Source of the DNA: Rhina ancylostomus
Lineage: Eukaryota
DNA: 64,000 bases
Reading direction: 5' to 3'
NCBI GenBank assembly: GCA_030265395.1
Contig: JARFYF010000112.1
Span: forward strand, 35,531,300 to 35,595,299
A program made the translations under genes and the position numbers. Positions 26,401-38,810 of this stretch are shown here, piece by piece. The notes beneath the pieces were generated by a model. That model was given only the letters and a program-made list of their open reading frames with translations. It did not search any database and was not told where the DNA came from. Each line of letters starts with the position of its first letter. Positions within the stretch are counted from its first letter, which is position 1.

Positions 26401-28489
26401 TTAAGTAACCCTTTACACTTGTAAAAGTCTCTGTGCTTAAGCCTGTTTTTGTTTTTCTTGTTGTATAAACAAAATCTCAATAAGGAACTGGAACCTAGAC
26501 CATGACTCATCGGGAAGGCAGAGAACTTGTGACTTCCTTGCTTGTGCAATAAATATTGTATGCCACGTTGAGTATCTTTATCCCTGTGTGTTTTAAAAGC
26601 TTGTTTTGCCTGTAATTTACAGGCAAATGAGATTGTTATAGGAGACCACTGAACTTCAATAGGCTTATAATTTAGTATAATCACGCCTCTCTCATTATCT
26701 GTCCTTCCTATAAGTCCTGAATCCTTCCAGGGTTATGTTTCTTCAGGAATCTTCCATTATTCATGAATATGAATTAGTCATTCAGATCTGGGGTGGAAAA
26801 TAACTGTCGGGTCACCTTCTACCCTCCTAGGGAATACAAGCATTCAATGTTTGCAAGAAGTTGTCGGATGAGTGTCAACATCACATTTCTATCGCTAAAC
26901 CCAGGACTAGCTGATCTTCTCCCCCAATCACTAGTACCAGAAATCAAAATCATTGTTTCTGATATTTACTTTACTAAATGTTTTCTAACTCCTGTTTATC
27001 TTTCAATTGTGTTTGAGGGCAAAATCTGCAGTGTGCATAGCTTATAGATAAACTGGTTGGGATCACGTTTGTTAGGATCAAATGTTTCAATTCAAGCTGA
27101 GAACTGTTTGTGTTGGGAATACAGTACTTCTCATTTTGTAGTTGAGCAGTTCATTCATTGTTTGGGAAGCAGACATTACGAGGAAAGCCATAATTGCCCT
27201 AAGATGGTGAGCCACCTTCTTAAGCTGTTAGCATCCTTCTGATGAAGGCCTTTGGTGATCAGGTTAACTTGTAAGTACTGTACCAATGCAAATGCAGCTA
27301 TATGCTAAATCACTGCAATGCTTGCCCAGTTTGATGTCTTGGAGTATGTATAAAAGCCTTGATAGAGCAATCCAAAACTAATCCTATTCTTTCATAGCCC
27401 CTTATTTTCCTTAGCTTAAAATATTTATTTTCCCTTAAATTATTTAATGGTTTGTGTTTAACTACCATATGAAGCAAAAAAAACCTCTTTGCTTCAGCAG
27501 TCCTTTTGGTAAAGAATATGTAGGCAACTGGTAGAATCTGGGTGGAATTGCTGAAGATATAGGATTGTGTAAATGGGTGGTTGATCATCAGTATGGACTC
27601 AGTAGACTGAAGGCCTGTTTCCATGCTGTATTTTAGCATAACTTTATGAACATTTTTTGCTCTATTCTCTCAAATTAACCTGTTTTGGTTGGAGAAGGTT
27701 AAAATCTTTAAGGTTTCCAGTGCACTGTAAAAATGGAATGACTTTGGATTTAATTTACTAAGGATTTCACCTTCAGGATACCTATGGAATTTTAGGATTT
27801 TTTTCCACTATTTGGGTTTTCATTCTGCAATTGAACTTGATTTTCTGGATGCAACACCCATCATATTTATTGTGAGAATTGTCCAAATTATTCACAGTTT
27901 CCCCTAACATAATCAAGACTTCTGGTTATTATTGATTGTTAACCCAATACCCAACATAATCATTGCTCTCAAATGTTGAAGGCTATTCATAACTAAAGTA
28001 AAACAAAAGTCCTGATCAGGAGAATTGGGTTTTAAGCAATAGAAGTGATTAAGTTCTTGAACTTCCAGCTGAATGCACAGTGATCTGTGTTAGTGCCTTG
28101 ATATAGTCTTGGGCTGGTAACCTACAATATCCTGCTATGTGTAAATTTATAAATGAAGCACAACCATTATTTTGGGGAAACCATAATTGTGATCCAATTT
28201 GTTGAATTCTGGTGTAATTGCTGGAAATTTCTAGAATTAAATCAGTAAGCATATTTGTTTTCTTAAGTCTAAAGCCATAAATTCAGAAACATCAGCAACT
28301 ATACTACCATGTGTGAGGTGGCACAAGTTTGTTAGCAAGCTTTTTGGCTATGAAGAGTAAATTAGTGGTTTGATTGTTTGCACTAACAAACTTCTGGATT
28401 GCAAACTGTCTTGAAATAAAAATGCTGAGAATGTGCAATGCAATGATGGAGAAAGGACAGTTAAATTGGATAATACTTTTCATCTACTA

Positions 28490-29195
28490 GTTGTCACTCT
28501 GATGATGTAGTGGGAAAATGTGTGAGGTTATGCTGGATTAGAAGGTGGCAAATTGAGTTTATTGTGGATAAAATGTGAGGCTGTGCACATACTTTTATCG
28601 TAAAATGAGAATCTAGTAAATGTTGAGGGGTGGAGAAATCTTGGTTTACTAGTTCATGAGATTCAGAAGTAAAAATTCAGGTCCCAAAAGCAATATAAGG
28701 AAGTTAAGTAGTATGTTGATGTTTATTACAAGGGGATTGGGGAACAGAAGTAAGGAGGTCTTGTTGAAATTATGCAGGCTTTGGTGAAACCTCAATTTGA
28801 GTACAGATTGAAATTTTGCTCTCTATTCCTAAAAGAAAGATGTAATTGCCCAATAGATTCACTAGCTTAATTTCTGAGATGACAAGCTTGTCCTTTGTGA
28901 AGAAATTTAGACTAGCTTATGTACAAAAATGAGATGTGACCCCCATTGATAATTATAAAGTTCTGAGAGGTATCGATAGGATAGATACCAGGAGATTGTT
29001 TCCACTGTCTGGAAATTTAGAACTGGGGTGGAGGTTGGGAGTGGAGGGAAGGGGGTTGCATAGCAGGATGATTTTTGGAAACGAAAGGAATCAGGATTTG
29101 AGGCTGAAGTAAGAAAGTGAACTTCAGGCACATGATTAATCATGATCTTATTGAATGATGGAGTGCTATTAAAGGAACATTGGGCTCATCACTTT
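28490..29195 (+). mobile_element. CR1-type LINE 3' portion, degenerate
   Basis: gtggcaaattgagtttattgtggataaaatgtgagg (WQM.FN..KC-like); gctttggtgaaacctcaatttgagtac (LVRPHLEY-like). Confidence 0.7.
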
Positions 29196-29199
29196 TCTA

Positions 29200-29385
29200 A
29201 GACAAGATATTTAGTAGTCACATGTACATCAAAACACAGTGAAATATGTCTTTTTGTATTACTGAGAATGTGCTGGGGGGCAACCCACAAGTGTCGCCAC
29301 TCTTCCAGTGCCAACATAGCATGCTCACAGCTCCTAACTTGTACGTCTTTGGAATGTGGGAGGAAACCGGAGCCCCTGAAGTAAC
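29200..29385 (-). mobile_element. V-SINE (HE1-like) partial copy
   Basis: Closely similar to 60975-61220 (gtgtcgccac..ttccag..ccaacatagcatg...tttggaatgtgggaggaaaccggagc). Confidence 0.8.
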
Positions 29386-29559
29386 TGTAAGAGAGGACTA
29401 TATAACTAACGTGAGGGGCAGGCGGACCACAGGACGGGCATTCAATGNNNNNNNNNNNNTTTAAAAATAAGATTTAGATCTAAAAGTTCAAGAAGATTCT
29501 TTCTTTTATTTCCTTTTCACCTTGCCCAATGACATTGAGGCCAATTGTAGAACTGCAGC

Positions 29560-31800
29560 AAAAGTATAATACGGTAGATGCTGGAAATACTGGTCAGTTC
29601 AGGCAGCATCTGCAGAAAGACCAGAGATCATATTACAGGTTAATGATCTTTCATCAGAATTGGGAAAAATTATGGATGAAACACATTCTAAGTTGCATGT
29701 GGTTGTGCTGCTGACAGAAAGGGTAGTAAAAATACTTCTGGGGAGGTGAAAAATTAGAAGTGAATGGTGCTGTGGTGGAAGAACAAATAACTGAAAATGT
29801 GGGATAAAAGATTGAAGTGGCTGGTTATCTGAAATTGCTGAATTCAGTAGCTGTAATGTGCCTCTGTGCAAGATGGCAAACATTTGAAGAACAAAAACTT
29901 AGTCTAAAAGTAATGCTTATCCCTTGAAGCAAAGCATTCCAATGGGAACAGTGGTCTAGCTGCAGCCTTCAAGACAAATTAAAGATTGTATAGCTCTTCC
30001 TTTGATCTAATGCTTTGTTGCCCAAAAAAGTAGTAGCCTGAGGGTTGGGAACATTTCAGAAATCAGCAGAGGAACAAGACATTGATAAGGAAAGAGAAAG
30101 CAGAACACACAATTAGTCTAACAAGAAGCATAAAAACATTCAGAGCTTCTCTGGTTATGTAAAATAGAATAGGTTAGCTAATTACTACCCTAATTGGTCT
30201 ACTCTCAATCATCAGCAAAGTGCCAGGCAGTGACGATCTACCCTTGACACTGAATGGCATTCCATCTAAGTCAAGTTCCTTGGGATCATCATTCACCAGA
30301 AACTCAACAGGATCAGCTACATACATCCCAGAACCTTTCTACCACATCTCTAAGGCACAAGCTGGGAGCACAATAGAATACTTTCCACATCCCTGGATGT
30401 GTGTATCTCCCACAACTTCCAAGAAGCTTAAAGCAATCCAGGGACAAAGCAGCCTGGTTGATTGCTACCCCATCCATCATCTTAAACATTCATTCCCAAC
30501 AACACTAGTGCACAATGGCTAAAGTGTGTACTATCAACAAACTGTGCTCCAGTTACTTAGACTACTCCAGAAGAGAGAGAGCTCCCTTAGACACCTCTCA
30601 TAGGGAGATGTCCAAGCAAAATGCCACTTTCTTGGGCATGTCCCAAAATTGCAACATTTACCAGCAAGGAGAAGAACTTCACTTATTGAAGGGCGTCACC
30701 TGCAAGTTCCCCTCCGAGTAACATAGCATCCTCTCTTGGAAAGTATTGCCATTCTAAATTCTGGAAAAGTACCATCACAAGAAGAACAGCAGTGATTCAA
30801 GAAGGCAGCTCGCCATCACCTTCTCGGGCAGCTCAAGATAAACAGTAATTACTGGCCTTCCAGTGTTCTCAAATCCTGAAAAATGAATAAAGGAAAAGTC
30901 AACTGGATTTAGGAGTCAACCTTGCAATCTGAATGAAGGGGTTCTGCAAAGCAGAAGCAGAATCTGCCTTGGCTTTCTCAATGTAGAGGAGAACACCTTT
31001 TTGAGAATGGCATGCAGTATACTAAATTGGAAGAAGTATGATTGAATCATTGTTTCACCTGGAGTGCCTAGATGAGAGGAAAGTGGAAAGTAATATGTTC
31101 ACTACAGTGCCTGCTGTAGTTTTATGGGAAATCACCATGAAAAGGAGGTGGGTAGAGATGGATCACATTGTTTGAAGGGAGGATCCCTTTGGAATACTGA
31201 AAAGGGATAAAGGGAAAGATGCATGTTGTGGGGCAACATGTTGAAGTTCACGGAAATCACAGGATGCACTATGGAATGTGGAGACTAGTGGGGCAGCAGC
31301 TCTGAAGGGGAACATAGGTGCAGGAAATGAAATGAATATGGTTGAGAGGAGGAGGTGGGCAGGGACTGGATGAGGGAAGAAAATAAATTGTCAGGTTGAG
31401 AAGAGGTGATTTCTGTGGCGCAAGAACACCTTAAAATGATGGGTGTACCGGGGCATTCTGGCTCTTAATTCTGAAGGAGGAGGTAGAAATGAGCTGAGTG
31501 TGCTTGAGGGACTGAGGTTGGATGCTGTAGAAGGAAGAAATGAATTCAGTGACTGTCTGAGAGGAAAAAAAACAGCTAGCGGCTGTTTGGGTCATAGTCC
31601 AGAGGGAGGTGTGAGGGTGCATCAAGAGCTGGTGTTCAGTATCTGCAGAGCAGAGATCAATATGCTGAACAACAGCAACACCACCCTTGTTAGCAGGTCC
31701 AATGAGAGTGTTGATCTTGGTCCTTAGTATAGTGTTGCAAGTTCAGAAAAGGGTGGGGTTATAGTGAGTGGACTGGCAAAATTGAAGCAGTCAGTGTCAC
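29560..31800 (-). mobile_element. Degenerate Penelope-like element with a GIY-YIG remnant, split by LINE insertions at about 29885-30898
   Basis: Minus strand 30945-31063 reads QVKQ*FNHTSSNLVYC / LLYIEKAK (GIY-YIG NxVYC..LYIGET pattern); terminal arm gatgctggaaatact..caggcagcatctg at about 29578. Confidence 0.7.
29885..30898 (+). mobile_element. CR1/L2-group LINE fragments nested in the Penelope-like element
   Basis: ORF 30220-30522 has ISKAQAGSTIEYFP..W..SPTTSKKLKAIQ (post-RT region); tail ttcaagaaggcagctcgccatcaccttctc...aatgaataaa. Confidence 0.7.
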
Positions 31801-34064
31801 GTTGGCAGTTTAATATGAAGTATTGTACATTCGGCCTACCAGAAATTCACACTATTTTTACAAAATCAAATGCTTTATCATAGAATTAAAAACATTCTAT
31901 TGAAAATTTTGAACAGCGTTTATATAAACACAGGCTATGTTTTACATATTTACACTCAATACAGCAATCCTTTGACATATTTAGCCATATATGGAGCAAT
32001 TTCATTTTTTCATGAACATGGGTCAAAATGATTAGGTGCAGATGGCATTAAACTGTTTTGNNNNNNNNTTTTTTCCCCCCCCCCCCCTTCCCCTAGTGTA
32101 AATTCTGTGTTGTAGGTCTCACTTCCACTGAGTGCTTCTGTAGCATGGGCTGTTTGACCTTGGAGTGTTTTAGTCAACAACGTTCAGTCCTTCTGCTGGA
32201 AAACCAGGTTTTGGGTGATCCATTGGATGTTTAGTGTCAAGTTAATCTTACGGGACCAGTTGGTGTTTGCTTTGGTGTTTGTCCCAGGGAACAGCAATGT
32301 GCTTCACAGACTAGCAAATTGATAGGGATGACATACTGCAATACATCTCTGGTCACTTTTTTGAACAAAATGGCATTCTGCTGGGTGGTGGGTGACGTGC
32401 TTATCCCTACTATAGCTTCAGGCAGTTTGCTAAGGTAACTGGTTCTGGCTGTGTTTGAAGAACTGAACAGGGAGGGTCACCCTTGNNNNNNNNNNTCCAG
32501 GATATATTTCCTTTCCTGCAATGAGATGTTTGCTAAATGGGAGCAGTCTGGTCAAGGAAATGCCTAATTGTATCCACTCTCTTCCCTCAAGGCTCTAAGC
32601 ATATTCAACACAAGTCATTGCTTAATAACTTCATAGGTGAATGGATTTTTCTTGAGGAATAACTTCACCTAGGAAAGGTGAGGAGGTGATGTATTCCAGC
32701 TTGGGACATTGTACGTCTACCTGCTTAACCTTCTCCAAAGTGGGGGACAGGCAGAACATTGGCACATAATAACACAGAACTTTTGTATCATACCTCCTGG
32801 GTAGCCATGTACAAAGGTAATTGACAGGATCAGCATAGTATTGGGGATACTCTTTTACCCCTGTGTTGTGGGCCTTATGCATAGTGTCCTTATGGATGTT
32901 TCGAACTTAGACATTCAGACAAAATGAAAGGGAGCTTGGGTGATTGTAATGCTTAGATGACTTAGCTTGAAAGAGCTTGTGGAATCAATGCTGGTTAGAT
33001 GACATGACCTAATTATGCTCTGAGTTTTCGGAGCTCTTAACCTGATTGCCACTGTAACTCCAGCAGGAAGCTTGTTGGAGGTGAGCAACAGTATTGCCAC
33101 AAGAAAGATTGAGAAAAGCTTTGGTGTAAAGGTACGGCTTTGCTTGGCACTAGTCTGTGGTGAGATTAAGTCTGTGGTGGATCTGTTTGTTAGCGCAATA
33201 CCAAACTCTCAAAATAGGCATTCTGTCAGAGAAAAGCACAGGATACGCTTCAAGGTTGTTCTCAAAGCCACTTTGAGAAAAATGTAATATTATTACTGAT
33301 TCCTGGAAATCCCTGGCCGTTGTCTGCTCAGAATGGAGAAGGACCATCTGTCAAGGCATTTAATACCCTGAGTTTCTTTTGGGGCATGCCAATGCCTATC
33401 AGAAACAGCTGAAAATGTGTGCCACCATCCATACTGCGCTTTCCGTCAGGTACCTCCAGCTCACTAATGGCAGAATCAACAGTCCCACATGAATTTCATT
33501 AAGGACCTCAGAACCTACAGAACTGGAGTGGAAGCAAATCATCCTGAATCCTGTGTTACAGTTGTGAGTAAAAATGAGTTTTAGTTAACAATGAAAACAG
33601 AGCCAGTGCATGGACACCACTTTCACACCATCTACAGAATAACTAAATGCCTCTTGAAGACTCTCTAAGTTTGTATTTATTCAGCTTTCCTCTGGCAGAG
33701 GAATAGGAATGGTCAACTACATCATATATAATGGAAAGCAACCAGGAGTTAAAACAAGCTGGTTTTGTTCATTGTAGGTAGAAGAAAAAACATCAACCAA
33801 TAATCCCCAATCTTGCTCTCTAATTCTATCGTCTGGTGGAACCAAGTCACAATGCAAGAAGGTTTCAGTTTCTTTATTTCAGCCTTCTACCTTCTCATTA
33901 GCTGAGTACCGCAATGGGTTGTTACTATCAGGTAAAAGCTGCTTCCAAGCTTTGACACCATTACAAAACAAGTAGCTGTACCTTCATTAGTAGCACTCCT
34001 GCCTTGATCAGAGATGCAAGTCCAATTCCAGAGAAAACTTTAGGCAGTATTCAGGGCGTACAGC

Positions 34065-35530
34065 ATTACTCAGCCCATTTTCCAGCACTTGATCATAGGC
34101 TGTAGGTCACCGTTCTTCAAGTACACATCCAAGTACATTTTAAATGTAATAAAGGTCTCTGCCTCCACCATCCTTACTGGCAGTGTGCTTCAGACCCATC
34201 CCACATTCTGGGTAGAATTTTTCTTTTCTCATCTTTTCTCTTATCTGTCAATTATTTTGAATCATTGCCTGGCTTTTGACATCTTTTTCTTTTATATACC
34301 TTAAGTCATCTGTCAGTTTTCTCTGTGCCAAAGAAACCAACACATGCCCATGCCATTGTTTTTCCCTCATTGGCAACATCCCAGTAAATGTGTCTTTGCA
34401 CCCTCAGCTATGCAATCATATATTTTCTGTGATGACCAGAACTGTACACAGTACCCAAGATGTAGTCCATCCCATATTGTATACAGTTCTTGCATAACCT
34501 TCCTATTTTATCTTGTATCTTATCTATTAAAGGAAAGCAAACCTGGAATGGCAGGTTTGTAGGTTAAGGAGAGATTAAGCAGACTGGACCTATACAATTT
34601 GGAATTTAGAAGAATGAGACATGATGAGAATGAAGCCTTTTTTTTATGTTCCTACAACCTAAATCTATCTTTCTCTGTGAATCACAAAGGCAGTTTATGT
34701 ACTGTCTGCACACTATATCATGTCCTCTACATTTAAGTCTAAATCATTAAATTATGCTATAGAAAGTAAGGGGCTGAGTACCGAACCTTATAGAACCTTG
34801 CTGGTAGCAAGCCTTCCAGTCACAAAAACACCTGAAACCTCCAATTTGTGACTTGCTGCAGAGCCATTTCAGGATCTAATTCACCATATTTCCTTGGATT
34901 TCATGGGCTTTTATTTTGGTTTGCCATCAAAAATCTTGTCAAAAGCCTTACTAAATTAAACACACTACCCTCATCAATCCTCCTTGTCACATTCAGTCAC
35001 AATCTTCTCTAAAATCCTGCTGTCTATCCTTGATTGGTCTGTCTGTGCCCTTTGTAAATTAAGTTTTGTACTGTCCCTCAGAATGCATTCCAATAGTTTG
35101 CCCACTAGTGTTAAATTAACTGGCCTGTAATTACTTGGTTTATCATTTCTTCCCTTTTTTAAAGAACAGTATAATATTCAAAGTCCTTCAATCCTTTGGT
35201 ACCACTTTGGCCAGGGAGGATTGAAAAATTATAGCCAGAGCTCTGCAATTTCCTTCCTTGCTTTTTCTAAACAGCCTGGGCTATATCATCCAGTCTGATG
35301 ATTTACTTACTTTCAAAGATGCTAAACCCCTTTATACTTGGTACTATGTTTATCCCATCTGATATTTCACCCTTTTCCTTTGTAGTTATAACACCACGTT
35401 GTCTTTCGTGAGGAAGCCATGAAATGTTCAGAGCCTTCCCTCCATTCTCCACCTCCATGTGGAGATAGTTACACTTTTGGTCCCAAATAAGCCCTACTCT
35501 TTCGAAGTACAGGACAGCTTTCTCTGGTAT
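34065..35530 (-). mobile_element. CR1-type LINE, degenerate
   Basis: cttgtcaaaagcctta (KAFDK complement), ctgagtaccgaacc (GSVL complement), taactggcctgtaatt (NYRPV complement). Confidence 0.75.
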
Positions 35531-38399
35531 ATCAGCCAATAACACCCCTTAACCAATGACACCAAAATGTCTGATTATCATGTTTTATCACCTTTCGTTT
35601 TGCCTTTCACCCCACCACCCCTGCATTTCACCAGTATGATTTGTCTTATATGCTTGTGATTTTCAGTTTCTTGTCTGTTTAGAGCTGTTTTAGGTTTGGG
35701 CATGTTTTCTAGGAACTGGGTTATAATGGCCTAAACTCAAATTGATATCTCATTAACATTGTGGCTTTCTCTCAAGCCATCTAGTTCTGACGTAGGCTGC
35801 AGTGGGTTAGGGGGAAAAAAGCCTACTTGCACGTGATAACACAAGGATTTATTCCATTGCAGGACTTCAAGACCCTTTAATGGTTGAATACCTGCAACCA
35901 TAATGTGAATTGTGAGGGTGTAGATTGAGTACAGCATCTGTACAGAATTAGTCTTGCAAAGTAAATTATCCAATCATTGTATTGTGTTGTACAGTACAAG
36001 ACTTAAAATATGTTAATATATTTTTTGAGCATTGTTTAGATCCAAGATCTGGAAAAGACTTGCTTGTAATAGTGTCCAATCTTACGTGAAGAGATGCTAG
36101 ATCATTGTATTGCAGTATTCTCAAAATACAATAACGTTTTACCTTTTGATTTGGTGCAAGTTACATTCACAATTCTTCATGGGTTAACAAGTCCAGGCAA
36201 ATTCACTAATTAAAAAATGTTCTTTTATCGTGGAGGAAATAAACTCTTCTTGTTATTTAGCAGATAAGAAAAGGATATGAATTATTCATTTCATATATTC
36301 AGTCTCCAGCTGCTGTCAGTAGTACCTGGATCATTTTTCTGTTTGTAGATGTGGCCTTTCCAGTAGCATTTCAGGTAGTATTTTGTAGGGTGCAAGTGTG
36401 TTTTTCCCTAACACCAATCCAAATTATTTTCCTTCTTGAAATTTTGGAGTGTAATACATTTTCAAAATGTAGGTGAAGCCTTGTATGTCGCTATGAATGA
36501 GTTCACACACCCTTAAAAAGCTTACAACTTCCTCCTGACCTGCAATTCTCAGTCTGTTTACCTTGTCTCAGCACCTTGTTGATACTGTACAAGTATGAGA
36601 TTTTTGTTTGAGCTTTGGCTTAAAGTTGTTTTAGATTTTCTCATTTGCATTCATGAATATCTGAATTGAACACAGACATTCCAAATTCTGACAATTCTTT
36701 TCCCATATTTTGATTTGTAACAAAGAACCTTCTATAAATTTTGGTAATAAATCTGCTTGGAAATTACATCTGTTCAAGATTCCTGGAAAGCATATTTGAG
36801 TAATATCTACCGGAATTTTGGCAGTGATGGAATGAACTGATTTTCTTCCATGAGAAAGAATCGGACCCCCAGCAGTTTGTATCGATTCAGCAATGCACGC
36901 AAATAAACTGCCTTCTGCTTTTGAAAGATTTTTCTGTTATATGTTGTTGCCCGAATATTCGGTATCTGAGGGCAATATTGCAGAACATTGGTTCACAACA
37001 TTTTGGAGGGAAGGACTTATTTGAGAGCTGCTTAGATGTGGAAGTATAGTACTTCCTGAAAGATCATTTTGATTGCACTCTAAAGCTGGATTTTCCATAA
37101 GAATCCAACACTGAGTACTGATGTCTTGCAGTTCCTAGCAGTTACACTGAGAATTCTGCCCATTGAACCATTTGTTTCAGTTGAGAAGAATGGTTGCAGG
37201 GGAAAGAGGTAAATTGCAGGTAGTTCATTTTTTTTTCCAAATTAATTGAAATAAAGTGTTGAAATAAAGAATTGAAATAATTCAGTTTTAAGGATGTTTT
37301 TAATGTTTGTGAATGAGTCTTGTCATAACAGTTCCTCTAGCAAAACATTCAACAGCAAAAATAAAATTACACTTCCTTTGTCTTTTCATTTTTGTCAGCT
37401 GATGCACAGAAAGATTGGCATTTGTAAAAGTGGTAATGAAATTTCATGTCTGTTAATTGTCTAATTTCTAGTTTACCAAAACACTTGCATTTCTCTGTCA
37501 CCTTTGACTTCCCTCCAGAATACCGCAAATTACTGAGTAACCAGTTAAGCACTCTGAAAGTATGGTCACTCACAATGTAGGAATAATTTACTCCTGAAAC
37601 TTCATTCATACTAAAGAATTGTAATTCTCTAACAATCATTTAGTCTGTTGAAGCAACTTGGAAACTATGCTACATAACGCTTGCACTCAGAGGGGGCCGT
37701 TTAAATCCTTGACCTGTTTCTGGGTTAACTAATTTCTAACTGATTCACATGAAAGCTCTGGATTAAGGAAGGGCATTAGCCAGATTCTAACCTATGAAGA
37801 TATAACCGTGGGGGTTGTCTTGGTTCTGAACATAACAGTTTGATAGTCTCGCATGACTCAATCAGTGCTCAAAAATAAGGTTTGGGGCAGTTTAGCACTG
37901 AATACCCTGAAGCTATGGGATTATAACCTAGTGAGGAATTGATATTTTTTAGCAAAAGGAGTAAAAATTGATGCAAGAAATTATTTTTGTTAAAACTGTG
38001 CGAGCGACTGCATTGTGACTCTCCACTTCCTTATCCATGGAAGTACACTAATGACTTTGTAATTGATTCTGATGGGAAGTGTATAATCAAAATATAACAG
38101 GTTTACACAGGTCTTGACAGACTGTCATGATCTTTGAGAGAGTACCCTTTAAGCCCACTAATTTCCTTCATGAAGCCATGGAAAGATACAGCATGGAAAC
38201 AGGCCGTTCATCCCATCAAGTCCGTGTGAACATCAACCAGGCATTTACACTTGTCCTACAGTAACTCAATCAAGCTTTTTTCATACATCAACCTCTTTAT
38301 CTTTATCCCAGGAATCCTCTAGTGAACTGAATTTGCACTACCTTCAATGCAAGTATTTTTCTGAAAAACTGTTCTATCAGTCCACGTCTACTAAAAAGT

Positions 38400-38810
38400 T
38401 AAATTTCCATAGCAGATTTCATAATTTTGGGATGTGCCAAAGCACTTAATATAAGTGAAGTACTTTTCAAAGTCTTGGCAGTGTTGTATTGCAGGAACAC
38501 AGCAGTCTCCCACAAATAGTAATGTGATTCTGTCAGGATATTCTATCTGTGATTTTGATTAAGTTGTATATGTTGACTAGGACTCCTGCAATAACTCTGC
38601 TCTTCAAAAATGTGCCATGGGATCTTCTTATGCTCTCTTGAGAGACCTGATAAACTCTCAGTTTACTTGTTGTCCAAAAGAAACCAGCTTGATAGTGCAG
38701 CACTCCTTCAGCACTGAATTGGTGTTAGCTAAGTCTTGTGCTCAGATGTTTAAAACCCTCAGTGGAGCTAAGACTGCTATCTATTGAATAAGCCATGGCT
38801 GTCATCTTAT
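38400..38810 (-). mobile_element. Deu-domain SINE (SacSINE1-like), near full length; shorter copies near 11530-11690, 39395-39560, 40060-40170 and 43425-43520
   Basis: gtgcagcactccttcagcactgaattggtgttagc and ctgctcttcaaaaatgtgccatgggatctt motifs recalled from the DeuSINE core. Confidence 0.65.

Noticed and set aside
32110-33580. Possible additional old retroelement
   Set aside because: Looks repeat-derived, but I could not read diagnostic motifs well enough to classify it
36130-36990. Faint Gypsy-like RT/RNase H peptide on the minus strand (QEEVVSFLRVC..IQGF)
   Set aside because: One weak motif, no LTRs or YxDD seen; needs a profile search
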